Source of the DNA: an uncultured bacterium
Lineage (GTDB): Bacteria > Patescibacteriota > Minisyncoccia > Phycocordibacterales > CAIZLB01
DNA: 64,000 bases
NCBI GenBank assembly: GCA_903848795.1
Contig: CAINHC010000001.1
Span: 14,915-78,914 of the forward strand
Direction: 5' to 3'
Shown here piece by piece: positions 9,783 to 21,700 of the stretch (position 1 is its first letter; the number at the start of each line of letters is the position of its first letter). Under the pieces are notes generated by a model. That model had not been told where the DNA came from. It searched no databases and worked only from the letters and a program-made list of their open reading frames with translations. Both the position numbers and the translations under genes were made by a program.

Positions 9783-10931
9783 ATGAAATTCATAAACAGA
9801 GATATAAGCCTAAAAATAAAGAGCCTATCGAATACCCCAGTCATTACAATAACTGGGGCTAGACAGACTGGCAAAACAACCCTGGCTAAGGAACTGTTTC
9901 CTGATTATTTGTATGTTAACCTTGAATTCCCCGACGTAAGAGCTACTGCCAAAAACGATCCGAGGAGCTTTTTACAACAATCAGACAAAATGATAATAGA
10001 CGAGATACAATGGGTACCTGAATTGTTCTCATATATACAAGGTTTTGTAGATGAAGATAAGGATAAAAGATTTGTTCTAACTGGATCAAACAACTTCAAC
10101 CTGCTTCACAAAATATCCCAATCATTAGCTGGAAGAGTCGCTTTGTTTTCCATACCCACACTTTCGCTACATGAGATTAAAACCTCTGATAATCTATCAG
10201 AAAATCTATACCAAAGTATCTACAATGGAGGATACCCTAGAATAATCAATGGCCAAGAAAAACCCGAAGATTGGTATAAGAGTTATGTTCAAACATACCT
10301 GGAAAAAGATATACGAGATACAGCCTCGATACACATGATTGATAGATTTTTTATTTTTTTGCAAATCTTAGCAACAAGAGTTGGGAGTATTATTAATTAT
10401 ACAAGTATCGCAAATGAAGTTCAGGTATCTGCTGGAACAATACGAGACTGGGTTTCCATTCTTGAAGCAAGCTTCATTATATTTAAAATTAATCCTTATC
10501 ACAAAAACATCAAAAAGAGATTGGTTAAATCGCCTAAGGTGTATTTTAACGATACAGGTCTACTGTGTTCCCTGCTTAACATAAAAAGCCCGAGCGACAT
10601 ACAAACACACCCGTTCTCAGGTTTTATATTTGAAAATTATATAATCAATGAATACCTTAAAATGGAATCCTTGGAAAATAATTTACATAGCTTGTTTTTC
10701 TATAGAGACCATGATGGAAATGAAGTAGACCTTATAATAGAACGCGGGGTGGATAAACTAGAAATGTGTGAGCTTAAATTACATAAAACTTTTTCAAAAG
10801 ACTTCACTAAAGGGTTAGAGTTTTTATCTAATGAACTAGCAATAGACGTCACTAAGAATGTAATATACGGTGGTGATGAAAATCAAAAATCAGGAGACGT
10901 CAATATAATTTCTTGGAAAAACATACAGTAA
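9783..10931 (+). CDS. AAA+ ATPase (AAA_14 + DUF4143)
   Basis: GARQTGKT, 'IIDEIQ', 'LTGS', 'KSPKVYFNDTGL', 'EVDLII'. Confidence 0.9.
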   Translation: MKFINRDISLKIKSLSNTPVITITGARQTGKTTLAKELFPDYLYVNLEFPDVRATAKNDPRSFLQQSDKMIIDEIQWVPELFSYIQGFVDEDKDKRFVLTGSNNFNLLHKISQSLAGRVALFSIPTLSLHEIKTSDNLSENLYQSIYNGGYPRIINGQEKPEDWYKSYVQTYLEKDIRDTASIHMIDRFFIFLQILATRVGSIINYTSIANEVQVSAGTIRDWVSILEASFIIFKINPYHKNIKKRLVKSPKVYFNDTGLLCSLLNIKSPSDIQTHPFSGFIFENYIINEYLKMESLENNLHSLFFYRDHDGNEVDLIIERGVDKLEMCELKLHKTFSKDFTKGLEFLSNELAIDVTKNVIYGGDENQKSGDVNIISWKNIQ

Positions 10932-10952
10932 TCCACGACCTCTATTTAAGCT

Positions 10953-12449
10953 TTAGTCCTTTCTCAAAAACAATGGAGCCTCTGGCATCTTATGATTTGT
11001 AATGCAATCAATAATTAAAGATGAAGTATTTGGCATTACAATAGAAAGTTTATAAGCGCCGATTAATAATTGTTCTTGCAAATGAATCAAATCCTTACGC
11101 GCCAATTCCGGCTCAACTTTAAATTTCTTGAATGGTTGTTCTTCTTGAATAAATCGATCCAGCTTTGTAAAGTTATCAAAAATTTCTTGAACATAGAGAT
11201 CTAATCTAAAGTCCTCGATATGTTTATTTTCTTTTCCATTTAGAATATCAACTGACGACTTAGCACCCTGTATTTGTTCTTCAGTTAGTTTAGACTCATA
11301 AGAAACTGCCATCTTCATAACCCTTGAAACTAGATTTCCGATTCCATTTGCAAGGTGGGCATTATAAACTTCCTTAAACTTATTCATCGCAAAAGGTGAA
11401 TCTTCAAATGGCTGAAGCTCTTTTGTAACAAAGAATCTAAGTGCATCGGCTCCATACTCTTCAACAACTTCAGTTGGATTGACTGTATTTCCCAATGACT
11501 TTGACATCTTTACCCCGCCTTCGCCAGTTATCCAGCCATTTATAATAATCTTATGAGTATTAGGTAGACCAGCCGCCAAAAGCATAGATTGCCAAGTTAC
11601 AGCTTGGAATCTAGTATTATCCTTTCCACAATATTGAACTGGATTTCCATCTCGCCAATATTTGTTAAAATCGCTGTCCGAGCCATTTTCATTCTCCGGC
11701 CAACCTAAAGTAGAGATATAGTTTGTAAGAGCATCAAACCAAACATACATCACATGATCATTATCCTCCGGTACATCAATTCCCCAAGGCATTTTTACCT
11801 TCAGTCTTGAAATACTAAAGTCCTCCAATCCCCTTTTCACAAACTCCTTCATCTCATTTAGTCTTGATTCTGGAATGACAATTTGTGGATTCGATTCAAA
11901 TAGAGTATATAGCTGATCAGCGAGCGCCGATAGTTTAAAGAAATAATTCTCTTCGTCAATGATTTCTATATCACGATTTGGGTGAACTGGGCATTTACCG
12001 TCCACAAGCTCTGAATCAGTTTTATTTTCTTCACATCCAACACAATATTTGGTCTGATAATTCTTTTTATAAATGTACCCTCTTTCTTTAACACTATTCC
12101 ACAGCGTTTGAGAACTAGTTATATGATGCTTATCTGTAGTTCTTATAAAGTGAATATCTGACAAAATATCAAGATCTCCAATAAGATTCTTAAACTTTGA
12201 AGAAGCCTTGTCCAAAAAATCCATTATATCCATCCCCCTTTCTTTTGCCGTCTCATACAATTTGAGACCATGCTCATCTGTTCCAGTATTAAAAAACACA
12301 TCAAAGCCTAACGCTTTTTTGTATCTAGCAATAACATCCGCTCTAATTATTTCCATCGCAAATCCAATATGAGGATCACCATTCACATAAGGAAGGGTTG
12401 TAGTAATATAAAAGCTTTTCTTATCTTGATTTTTTGTATTTTGAGACAT
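10953..12449 (-). CDS. metG: Methionine--tRNA ligase (short form, no C-terminal tRNA-binding domain)
   Basis: 'TTTLPYVNGDPHIG', 'YVWFDAL', KMSKS. Confidence 0.96.
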   Translation of the reverse strand: MSQNTKNQDKKSFYITTTLPYVNGDPHIGFAMEIIRADVIARYKKALGFDVFFNTGTDEHGLKLYETAKERGMDIMDFLDKASSKFKNLIGDLDILSDIHFIRTTDKHHITSSQTLWNSVKERGYIYKKNYQTKYCVGCEENKTDSELVDGKCPVHPNRDIEIIDEENYFFKLSALADQLYTLFESNPQIVIPESRLNEMKEFVKRGLEDFSISRLKVKMPWGIDVPEDNDHVMYVWFDALTNYISTLGWPENENGSDSDFNKYWRDGNPVQYCGKDNTRFQAVTWQSMLLAAGLPNTHKIIINGWITGEGGVKMSKSLGNTVNPTEVVEEYGADALRFFVTKELQPFEDSPFAMNKFKEVYNAHLANGIGNLVSRVMKMAVSYESKLTEEQIQGAKSSVDILNGKENKHIEDFRLDLYVQEIFDNFTKLDRFIQEEQPFKKFKVEPELARKDLIHLQEQLLIGAYKLSIVMPNTSSLIIDCITNHKMPEAPLFLRKD

Positions 12450-12539
12450 AACTTTATTCTTAATTTATCAACATTCTTAATTTAACAATTTCCACGCCGC
12501 AACAGCAGAAAATTTCTGCAAAATGTAAACTTCTAAGCT

Positions 12540-13628
12540 TTACATATTCAGATTTTCCACCCCAGTAGCAGAATCCTTTTTACGTCTCTCTACATCATCT
12601 ATGTATTCCATGAGTGCAACAGAGACGGGAACAGCGAGAATAGCGCCAACAATACCAGCAAGCTCAGCACCAGCAACAAGAGCAATAATTACAAGAAGTG
12701 GCGGAACACCAACCAACTTCTTAACAACTAGTGGATAGAAAACGTGAGCTTCAATCTGTTGAACAATCAAATAGAGTCCAACAATAAACAAACCAACGCC
12801 AATTCCACCATCTAGTATTCCTAGGAAAAATGCAGGGATCGCAGAAAGTGTCATTCCAACGACCGGAATCAATTCAAATACCCCAGCAATTAACGCGAGT
12901 AACAATGCGTGCTTCACACCTATTATCATTAATCCAATATAGATAAACACGAACACGACAAGACCTAGCACCAATTGCCCCTGCATCCATCGTGCGATTT
13001 TTGTCTCCGATCTTTGCCATAGTCCTCTTACATATTTTTCCTTTTCTGGAGGAGTGACAATTGAGAGGAACTCTCCCACCCCGTCTTCCCTAACAGATAG
13101 ATAGAAGGCAATCACCATAACTAGGATGGTGCTAATAATTCCACCAAAGAATCCCGCAACAGTGTCGAACATTCCTCCAGAGAAATTGGAAACGGTATCG
13201 GTTACCTTTGAAATAATATCTCCAACAGAAATTGTACTTGGAATATCTGGGAAAAAGAGCTTTGTGCTAGAGTATGCGTTTTTATTTATTGGGCTAAATA
13301 TATCAATTGTCTTAATATATTTTGGAATACTGTTAACAGCTGAAACTGTCTCGCCCAGGAGTATCGGAACAGCAAAGGAAAATAACACTGATATTGCACC
13401 TATAATCAGAGCGTAAACAAAAATTGCAGCCAGTGCTCTTGGAACATTCTTCTTAACAAAGTATTTAACTGCAGGCTCAACAACTGAGGCAATAACGATA
13501 CCTGTAAGAATTATTAATCCCAAGCCCCGAAGAGCAAATAGGAAGTATACACCCAACAAAAATACAGCTATTTTGAAGAGTGTCTTGAAGCTTATATTTA
13601 AATTTATTGAATTAGTCTTATCAGTCAC
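12540..13628 (-). CDS. AI-2E family transporter
   Basis: Multi-TM; 'QQIEAHVFYPLV...GIVGAILAVP'. Confidence 0.88.
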   Translation of the reverse strand: MTDKTNSINLNISFKTLFKIAVFLLGVYFLFALRGLGLIILTGIVIASVVEPAVKYFVKKNVPRALAAIFVYALIIGAISVLFSFAVPILLGETVSAVNSIPKYIKTIDIFSPINKNAYSSTKLFFPDIPSTISVGDIISKVTDTVSNFSGGMFDTVAGFFGGIISTILVMVIAFYLSVREDGVGEFLSIVTPPEKEKYVRGLWQRSETKIARWMQGQLVLGLVVFVFIYIGLMIIGVKHALLLALIAGVFELIPVVGMTLSAIPAFFLGILDGGIGVGLFIVGLYLIVQQIEAHVFYPLVVKKLVGVPPLLVIIALVAGAELAGIVGAILAVPVSVALMEYIDDVERRKKDSATGVENLNM

Positions 13629-13770
13629 AATTAAAGAATACCACTAGTTGGCTTCTACTGCAAAGGCCAATTCTGTCTATCACAAAGATCTTCTAATTGA
13701 CATAAAGAAAATTAGAGCTAATATTTAGCTGGGTAACCTAAAACCAACAACAATTAACAAAGGAGATTAT

Positions 13771-13992
13771 ATGAAAGAACATGTAGTAAGTCGCTTAGGG
13801 TGTGGGCTGATTGAATTCGAAGGAGGGGCGGCGGCAGAAATTGACCCTCCACCCAAACTCGAAGTTGGTGACACCGTACAAATTGAACTCCATGGCGTTA
13901 GTAGAGTAGGCGTCTATTGGATGAAATGGACAGACAAGGAAAAGGGGGAACATTTCATCAGATACGACATCGATGGTAATCCCATCAAGTAA
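13771..13992 (+). CDS. Small hypothetical protein in a self-contained cassette
   Basis: Promoter TTGACA 13697 / TAATAT 13719, SD AAGGAG, terminator 14014-14042. Confidence 0.65.
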   Translation: MKEHVVSRLGCGLIEFEGGAAAEIDPPPKLEVGDTVQIELHGVSRVGVYWMKWTDKEKGEHFIRYDIDGNPIK

Positions 13993-14013
13993 TTCAAGGT
14001 CACCGCTCCTCAC

Positions 14014-14042
14014 GAAAACCGCTCGTGTCACGAGCGGTTTTC
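14014..14042. terminator. Intrinsic terminator
   Basis: GAAAACCGCTCGTG-T-CACGAGCGGTTTTC. Confidence 0.8.
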
Positions 14043-14107
14043 ATTTATATAAAACAATATTTGAATCTAAATTTTGCTTGCCAACACAAAAAAGTTAGAC
14101 AATTCCC

Positions 14108-15463
14108 CTAAAGCGCCATTTTCACCACATCCACAATCTGCTCAATAGACAATCTATCTTGTGTAGCCGAATCTCTATATCTCAAAGTCATGGTTTGATC
14201 CTTTTCTACTGTGTCAAAATCCACGGTTATACAATATGGTGTACCGATTTCATCTTGTCTTCTATATCTTTTACCAATGTTTCCATTATCATCAAACATT
14301 ATTCTTCCAGGGAATTCCTTCTTCAGCATTGAATACACTTCCCTAGCCTTCTCGACTAGTTGTGGCTTATTTTTTAGCAATGGAGAAACCGCAATCAAAA
14401 CTGGTGCAATCCTTGGTGACAACTTTAGATAAACTCTTTTCTCTCCGCCAACTTCATCTTCAGAATAAGCATCGGTAAGCACCGCTAACACTGTTCTGTC
14501 CACTCCAAGTGATGGCTCAATACAATGTGGAATAAATCGCTCTTTTGTTTCCTCATCAAAGAAAGACAGATCGGTTCCCGATGCATCAGAGTGACTCTTT
14601 AAATCGAAGTCTGTTCTATAAGCAAGACCGTAAAGCTCTTTTTGACCCATTGGAAAATCAAACTCAAAGTCTATTGTGCGCTTTGAATAGTGAGCTAGGT
14701 CCTCGGGTGCAATTTCTACATCGTGAATTTTAGCAGGAGTTAGACCAACATCATCAGCGAAAGCGTGCACCTGTTGTCTAAAATGCTCAAAAGACTCTTC
14801 CCAACTATTTGGATTAACAAAATACTCTATTTCCATTTGCTCAAACTCACGAGTTCTGAATATAAAATCACGAGGAGCAATCTCATTTCTAAATGCCTTT
14901 CCGATTTGTGCCATACCAAATGGTAGCTTCGGATGGAATGAGTCTAGGGTATTCTTGAAGTTTACAAACATTCCTTGTGCAGTTTCTGGGCGAAGATATG
15001 AGACAGAATCTTCATCTTGATTTGCACCAACATGCGTTGTGAACATCATCTTGAATTGTCTAACATCGCCAAGCGCATTACCTTCTGGACTCTTAATTCC
15101 CTTTTCTTTGATAGCAGAGTCCATTTCCTTAAGTGACATTCCTTTGATATCAACACCGGCCTCTTGTAGTAAGTGATCAGCTCTGTATCTTTTGTTAGTT
15201 TTTATATCATCAACAAGTGGGTCAAAGAATCCCGCAACGTGACCACTCGCCTTCCAAACATTTTGATTCATTAGAATTGCAGCATCGACTCCATACATAT
15301 CGTCTCTATCTAGCACAAAACGCTTCCACCAAGTGTTCTTGATGTTGTTCTTTAGTGCAAGTCCTAGATGCCCATAGTCCCAAGTTCCAGCGAGACCTCC
15401 ATAAATTTCCGAACCTTGGTATATAAAACCTCGTCTTTTAGCTAATGCAATTATTTCTTCCAT
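14108..15463 (-). CDS. glyS: Glycine--tRNA ligase (alpha2 type)
   Basis: 'LRPETAQGMF', 'GKAFRNEI', 'REFEQMEIE', 'IGKRYRRQDEIGTP'. Confidence 0.97.
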   Translation of the reverse strand: MEEIIALAKRRGFIYQGSEIYGGLAGTWDYGHLGLALKNNIKNTWWKRFVLDRDDMYGVDAAILMNQNVWKASGHVAGFFDPLVDDIKTNKRYRADHLLQEAGVDIKGMSLKEMDSAIKEKGIKSPEGNALGDVRQFKMMFTTHVGANQDEDSVSYLRPETAQGMFVNFKNTLDSFHPKLPFGMAQIGKAFRNEIAPRDFIFRTREFEQMEIEYFVNPNSWEESFEHFRQQVHAFADDVGLTPAKIHDVEIAPEDLAHYSKRTIDFEFDFPMGQKELYGLAYRTDFDLKSHSDASGTDLSFFDEETKERFIPHCIEPSLGVDRTVLAVLTDAYSEDEVGGEKRVYLKLSPRIAPVLIAVSPLLKNKPQLVEKAREVYSMLKKEFPGRIMFDDNGNIGKRYRRQDEIGTPYCITVDFDTVEKDQTMTLRYRDSATQDRLSIEQIVDVVKMAL

Positions 15464-15554
15464 ATATTGATATAGTAGCAGTTTTTTGAGGAAAGCAAAA
15501 CACCGCGTCCCTGGGGAGGGACGCGGTGTGGTTTGTTACCACCCAAGACTGTCG

Positions 15555-15863
15555 TTACAGACGAGCGAACAGGGTGACAACGACTACGACGATAACCAGA
15601 AAGCTGGCGACTGCAATCCTCACCGTCCAACGGAAACCCCAATAGTCTTTCCAGGATGCACAAATATCAGACCAGATCGATCCGAGACTCTTGTTGGGTG
15701 TGAGCACATTCATGACGAAGTGTTGAATCACTACCACGGTGGGCAGGAGGGTTGTAATGGCGAAAGTTAACAGGATAAGGAGTGTTGTGTTCAAGTAGTT
15801 TGTCTTTCTTGCCAGAGTGTAGGACGATGGGCGACGTGCCGTTCCAGAAGGTTTTACCCCCAT
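15555..15863 (-). CDS. Small hypothetical membrane protein (start uncertain)
   Basis: Two hydrophobic segments; minus-strand TTGACA at 15935-15940 upstream and GC hairpin 15501-15528 downstream. Confidence 0.45.
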   Translation of the reverse strand: MGVKPSGTARRPSSYTLARKTNYLNTTLLILLTFAITTLLPTVVVIQHFVMNVLTPNKSLGSIWSDICASWKDYWGFRWTVRIAVASFLVIVVVVVTLFARL

Positions 15864-15983
15864 GAAAACTCATCAATCCAGTTCAGTTTTGGCGGTACTG
15901 TTCCACCTAGAATATAAACATAACTCGCCATCGCTGTCAAGCAGGCAGACTTTTGCACCATACAAACCACATTCAAAACCAAG

Positions 15984-18014
15984 CTACTTCCCTAACACCC
16001 TATCCAAACTCATGTCATATTTTGAATCAGACTTTATTTGAGTATTTAGAGAGTATCCATTTGCGCTAACGACAGTGTTTGTAAAACTATCTGTTCCAGC
16101 AATCTTTTGGGAGTTAACGATAATCGGGGATTGATTAACTTGTGAGAGACTTGGTAAAAACTCAACTTGATAAGACATTTCCTTTGGATTAGAAATATAT
16201 CCAGTTCCTGGTGCAATGTCTCCAGCCTTCCAAGTGATTGTTCTATTAGCTGAATCGTACACAACAGTTGAACTAGCAGTTTCTGGTGAGACCTTACCCA
16301 ACCAATTAACATAAATTGGAAGTTTTGCAGTATAAATCAAACCCTTAACACTGTTGTATGAATTGCTAATTTTTACATTAACTGTATATGTTGTTTTAAC
16401 ATTTGCCTTGGTTGGCATTGGACCGGTGTTTGTGAATGGACCATCATAATAAAGCAAACCTGTATCCAGCCCGAGATCACTAACTATTCTAATCTTACGA
16501 GATGATTGTGATGTAACCTCTTCGGTAACCTTATTCTCATTCAATCGATTTCCTTTAACTGTAAAATTTAAAGTAATTTCAGGTCGTCTTATATTTGAAG
16601 CCAAGTCTTTTGTCAAATCAAAGATCTTCATATTGAAGTTCGAGGTTCCGCTTTTGTTTGGCGCTACATCTTCCATTTGAGGATCGTTACTCTTTTCCCA
16701 GTAGAGTGTATCGTTGTCAGACTTGTAAAATCCATTGGGGACCGCCACGCTATCTCTATCAACCATCAAACCAGAAAGTTTACCTTCAATGGAAACGTCG
16801 TGAATTGAAACATCGAGATTGTTTTTCCATAAAATTTCACCTTGCAATAATTGACCACTATTTGCAACAACAATTTCATCTCCACTTCCATTAACAGCGA
16901 CATCCGCACCCAAAAATGGTGCACTCAAATTAATTGTACTTATTGCTGAAGCAAAAGTTGTATCTATCTCATTGGGATTTTTATTCTGTGCAGTTCCTGC
17001 AAAAAATCTAACCGTTCGCTCTTGATTTGTTTGACCAAATATCTTTGCATTAATTTCAATCTTTTTAACCTCCCCTGGTGCAATATCCCCTAATCTCCAG
17101 TGATCAGTCGCCAAAGATGGATCTGGATCGGCAGAAACATAATCAAAGCCAAATGGGTATTCGGCACTAAGGACAACATCTTTAATAACATCAGCAGAGT
17201 TGGATTTAACAGATACTACAAATTTTGTAGCCTGCTCTGGAATAATTTCCTTCACAAAATCTACAGTGATTGAAACAGGCCCTGCCCCAATACCTATTGG
17301 ATAAGTCTTTTGCTTGGCGAATAAACTATTTGTCCCAGGAAGTTTGTATTCCAATGAAACGCTAATATTCTTTGTGGAACCTTCTTCGCCTAGGATAATA
17401 GACTTAACAGTCGTCCTTTGAGTTCCGCCAGCGGCTATAGTGCCGAGTGGAATTCTGTCAGTCACAAGACTTGTTACTTTATCATCTGCACGTCTTGTGC
17501 CGTCCGGATATGTCATTATCAAATCAACACCCTCCAATGCATCCGAATTGTTATTGAACACATTTACATCAAGCGACAATTCCTGTCCGGCGGAAATTAT
17601 AATTGGACCAGAAACACTGAGCTCAATATTGCTACCAGATATTATATTTGGGTTTATTGTAAAGTAGTAATAAGCGACCCCGGCGGCGATAATCAAGAAA
17701 ACAATAGAAAAGACTGTTAGACCTTTTAGAAAGGAGTATATTTTGGAGGCGTCGCTGTTTTTGTCGATGGACTTTGATTTTTCCGAAATTGCATTTCTAT
17801 TTGCCCTATTATCTAAATTGGAAACTGAAAAAGGGTCTTCTTTTTTCTTATTCTCTTCAATGGGTTCGCTATTCTTATTTCCTTCCTCATCATCCCAATC
17901 TCTATTTACAGAAACATGATGCTCATGCATTTTTACATGCTTCATCTTTGGCAAATCACCAGATGTAGAATCTAGTTTCTTTTTTAATTCCTCCATTTTT
18001 CCTTCGTCTTTCAT
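15984..18014 (-). CDS. Large membrane-anchored protein with tandem Ig-like/DUF11-like beta domains
   Basis: Single TM near N-terminus; repeated 'WxLGDIAPG'-like motifs; start refined to ATG 18014 behind TGATATAAT. Confidence 0.75.
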   Translation of the reverse strand: MKDEGKMEELKKKLDSTSGDLPKMKHVKMHEHHVSVNRDWDDEEGNKNSEPIEENKKKEDPFSVSNLDNRANRNAISEKSKSIDKNSDASKIYSFLKGLTVFSIVFLIIAAGVAYYYFTINPNIISGSNIELSVSGPIIISAGQELSLDVNVFNNNSDALEGVDLIMTYPDGTRRADDKVTSLVTDRIPLGTIAAGGTQRTTVKSIILGEEGSTKNISVSLEYKLPGTNSLFAKQKTYPIGIGAGPVSITVDFVKEIIPEQATKFVVSVKSNSADVIKDVVLSAEYPFGFDYVSADPDPSLATDHWRLGDIAPGEVKKIEINAKIFGQTNQERTVRFFAGTAQNKNPNEIDTTFASAISTINLSAPFLGADVAVNGSGDEIVVANSGQLLQGEILWKNNLDVSIHDVSIEGKLSGLMVDRDSVAVPNGFYKSDNDTLYWEKSNDPQMEDVAPNKSGTSNFNMKIFDLTKDLASNIRRPEITLNFTVKGNRLNENKVTEEVTSQSSRKIRIVSDLGLDTGLLYYDGPFTNTGPMPTKANVKTTYTVNVKISNSYNSVKGLIYTAKLPIYVNWLGKVSPETASSTVVYDSANRTITWKAGDIAPGTGYISNPKEMSYQVEFLPSLSQVNQSPIIVNSQKIAGTDSFTNTVVSANGYSLNTQIKSDSKYDMSLDRVLGK

Positions 18015-18130
18015 GCGATAAATTATATCACCCTTTGGGTAATTAAGTACAATCACCAACTAGATACTGCATATCAAAATACCGCACAAGTGTTCGGCTT
18101 CAAAAGCGAATGCTCAAACACCTGGAAAAT

Positions 18131-18727
18131 CTACAACTGAGTCTCCGCCAACACCGACGCCGATTCCCTTTTCAGCTCTTCAATCAAATCTACCGCAACA
18201 CCTCTAATCTCAGTATTCCAAAGCGGAGAATAAACTATATCCTTTAACTTTTCACTAGGAGTTCCATAACCAAAGTGATGTGCGATTCTAAGATACGCAA
18301 GATTTTCGATGGAAATTAAATCATCATGGTTTCTAATAAACCTCGTCGCGGTCAACGCTTGATACATTCTACCGAATTCTTCAAACACCACCTTATTAAC
18401 CGCCTCCCCCGGGGAAAGTCGTTTTATAAAGTTCAAAACACGAGCAAGAGATTGTTTGACCTGAACTGGAATATTTTTATCATAAATATTCGTAATCTTC
18501 TCAGCACCAGTAATTCTCCATATTTCTTTACCTCGGACCAATGCGAATTTAGCAAATGTTAAATCCTGCAAACTATATCTAAGTTTTGATTGTAATTTAC
18601 GAACGCCTTGAGCTGTTGCAATAATAGTCCCCAATTCACTCGTTAGAATAGTAAAGGTTTTATTAGATTCTCCCGAATCTCCACTATCTATAATATAACC
18701 TTCTGTGTGATAAATTCTATATGACAC
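18131..18727 (-). CDS. recO: DNA repair protein RecO (short form)
   Basis: 'YHTEGYII...GESNK...LTSELG...AQGVRKLQSKLR'. Confidence 0.88.
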   Translation of the reverse strand: MSYRIYHTEGYIIDSGDSGESNKTFTILTSELGTIIATAQGVRKLQSKLRYSLQDLTFAKFALVRGKEIWRITGAEKITNIYDKNIPVQVKQSLARVLNFIKRLSPGEAVNKVVFEEFGRMYQALTATRFIRNHDDLISIENLAYLRIAHHFGYGTPSEKLKDIVYSPLWNTEIRGVAVDLIEELKRESASVLAETQL

Positions 18728-18736
18728 ATTTGTTAT

Positions 18737-21700
18737 TTATTTTACAGGTCTAATAATAAACCTTACCTCTTGATCACCCACAGATACAGCTTCCCCTCCC
18801 TCAAAATCCTGAAGGATTAGACTTTCAGCCAGCACAGTTTTAGAAATCATCTTGGAATATTTTTCTATCAACATCTTTCCAACATTCGAATCTTCAATTT
18901 CCAAAATTATTTTGTCTTGTGGAGAAAAACCAAATGCTTTTCTAGCTTCTTGAACAGCTCTAATTAAATCTCTGGACATTCCCTCTTCTTTCAAATCTTC
19001 AGTTAATGCAGTATCAAGTATAATTTCATTTCCAATAGCAACACTTTTTACATTCAACTCGTCTTTTATAATTTCTTCCAAATCCTTACTCAATGACTTA
19101 CCTTCCTTGTTATTGTAGATGAAGGATGCTAAAGGTTGTCTAACCTTCAATTGAGACTTAGCACGAAGTGACAATCCAGCTTCAACCAAAGCTCTTGCTG
19201 ATTCCATATTCGAAAGTAGTATTTCCTCCTTTTCAGAAAGCGCACCCAAATCTGGCCATTTTTCTAAGTGAACACTTAGCATTCCGTTCTCTGTATTTGC
19301 GGATGCATTTATTTGGTCACAATCGACAACTTTAACTTTCTGATACAAGTCTTCAGCAGAAAATGGCACAGCTGGTGCTATCAATTTTGAAAAATTTAAC
19401 AAAACAGCACGGAGGGTGGATATAGCAAAATCTCTATCAACAACATTGTCACCCTTGAATCTATCTCTAGATCTTCTTAAGTACCAAGTAGATAAATCAT
19501 CAATGAACGAAGCAATTGGTCGAATCGCTTTAGAAATCATATAAGCATCCAAATCTCTGGTCATATCAGAATTCAACTTTTTCAATCTTGCCCAAATCCA
19601 TTGATCTAGAACATTTTCAGATTTAAGTGAACAGAAGCTGTGCACGGAATCCTCCCCAGACATCTCTGAATATGTTTTATAGAATGTATAAACATTATCC
19701 AATCTATTAAATATTTTTTTATTAATCTCGTCCAGTGACTTTTCAGAAAAAGAGACTTCCTCTGCAGTTACCGCAGGAGAAGTAACAAGGAAATATCGAA
19801 GTGAGTCTGCACCATACTTCTCAACCACCCCCATTAACTCTGGATAGTTATTCAAGCTCTTCGCCATCTTTCTTCCATCTTCCGCCAAAATCAAACCGTT
19901 TACAGAAACATTTTTGAATGGAGACTTACCAAACAAGCTCACTCCCAAACATAGTAGCGAATAAAACCAACCACGAGTCTGATCTAGTCCCTCAGCAATA
20001 AAGTCAGCTGGAAATAGTTTACTATCAGCCTTTTCAAACTCTTCTTTGTTTTCAAATGGATAGTGTTGTGAGGCAAACGGCATAGATCCAGAATCGTACC
20101 AAACATCAAAGACATCGGGGATTCTTCTCATGATTTCTCCGTCCTCATTTTTCCAAGTAATGGAATCAATTAGCGGTCTGTGAATATCTAACTCAAAGTT
20201 TTCAGTATGAGGCCATTGCACAAAATCAATATAGTGAAGTGAGCCATTTGGATCGGATGCATCGTGCCATCCACTTCTAATCATGTCTCGTGTCGTTCTT
20301 CCATTAGCAACCTCCTTCATCATTCTAATTGGCAAACCGTGGGCGACAATAAGAATGTTCTCATCCTTGTTTACTGAATCTATTTCATACAAACACTCAG
20401 CTACACGTCTTTTAACTTCAGCAACAGACTCGCCTCCTGCAGGTTTTGCAAAAATTCTCTGATCTTCTGTTTTAAAATCTGCCAACCTTTCATCCCAAGA
20501 ACGACCCTCCAACTCTCCTCCGTCACACTCCCTGAGGCGTACATCATAAATTATTTTTGATTCCTCCAACCCAAGAGCTTCTGCAATAATCTTTGCAGAC
20601 TCTTTTGTTCTTCTAAAATCAGAAGCGTAGATTTTTGTTATTGCACGATTATTGCCACTAGCTACGACGTTTTCAGATACCCCACTATTCTTTAATTTAT
20701 CCGCAGATTCCTTAATTTGCGTAATCCCCTTTTCAGTTAAACCATAGAGATTCAAATCATGGGAATTTATAATACCCCTTACATTTGACTCGGCCTCTCC
20801 ATGTCGCATCAGAACATATTTATTATTATTTGAACCCTGCCTAATCTTTTCTTTCAGCTCTGCAAAAGATCCGATTATTTCTGTCTTACCACTTTCAGAT
20901 TTCCACATTGGAACAGGAGCACCCCAATATCTGGTCCTTGAAATTGCCCAGTCTCTTATGTTTTCCAACCACTCACCAAAACGGCCAGAGCCGATTTCTT
21001 TTGGCACCCAGTTTATTTTATTATTTTCTGTGATCAATTCGTTTTTCAAAGACGTAGTCCTTACAAATAAACTTGTTGTTGCAAAGTTTATAAGCGGAGT
21101 CTCGCATCTCCAACAATGAGGATACGAGTGAATCATCTTTTCTTTTGCAAGAAGAACTCCCTTACCCGCCAAGATTTTTATTATTTCAACATCCGCACTT
21201 TGATGATCCTCTTTTGGCTTTGCTGGCTTACCCTTCATTTCAGTTATTAAATCAACAAAACATCCATCAAATCCAACGTGCTTAATGACAGGAAGATTAT
21301 TAGCCTTAGATAGCTTCATATCATCATCCCCATAAGCTGGCGCGATATGTACAATTCCAGTTCCGTCTTCCGCTGTGACAAAAGCAGCGTCGCAAACCTT
21401 CCAAATATTTTGTCTATTCTTTTCAGACGTTTCTAGTGTCCCCTCTTTTTTATAATAGTCAAAAACAGGCTCGTATGAAATACCAACCAAATCTTTTCCA
21501 AGTAGTGGCTTATTAAAGTCTATTAAAGGAAACACGACACAATCCTCAGGAATTACCTTTTTATTTTTTAAAGTTTCCAAAAGACTTTCTGCAAAGATAT
21601 AATTTTCTGCGCTAACTACGCCATCCGCGCCAGCTGGCGCCTTAACAGAAACACAAACGTAATTCAATTCTGGGTTCACTGCAAGAGCTACGTTTCCAGG

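Noticed and set aside
15451-15876. Alternative overlapping ORFs (15451-15663, 15486-15770, 15667-15876)
   Set aside because: Promoter and terminator orientation plus hydrophobicity favour 15555-15863 on the minus strand
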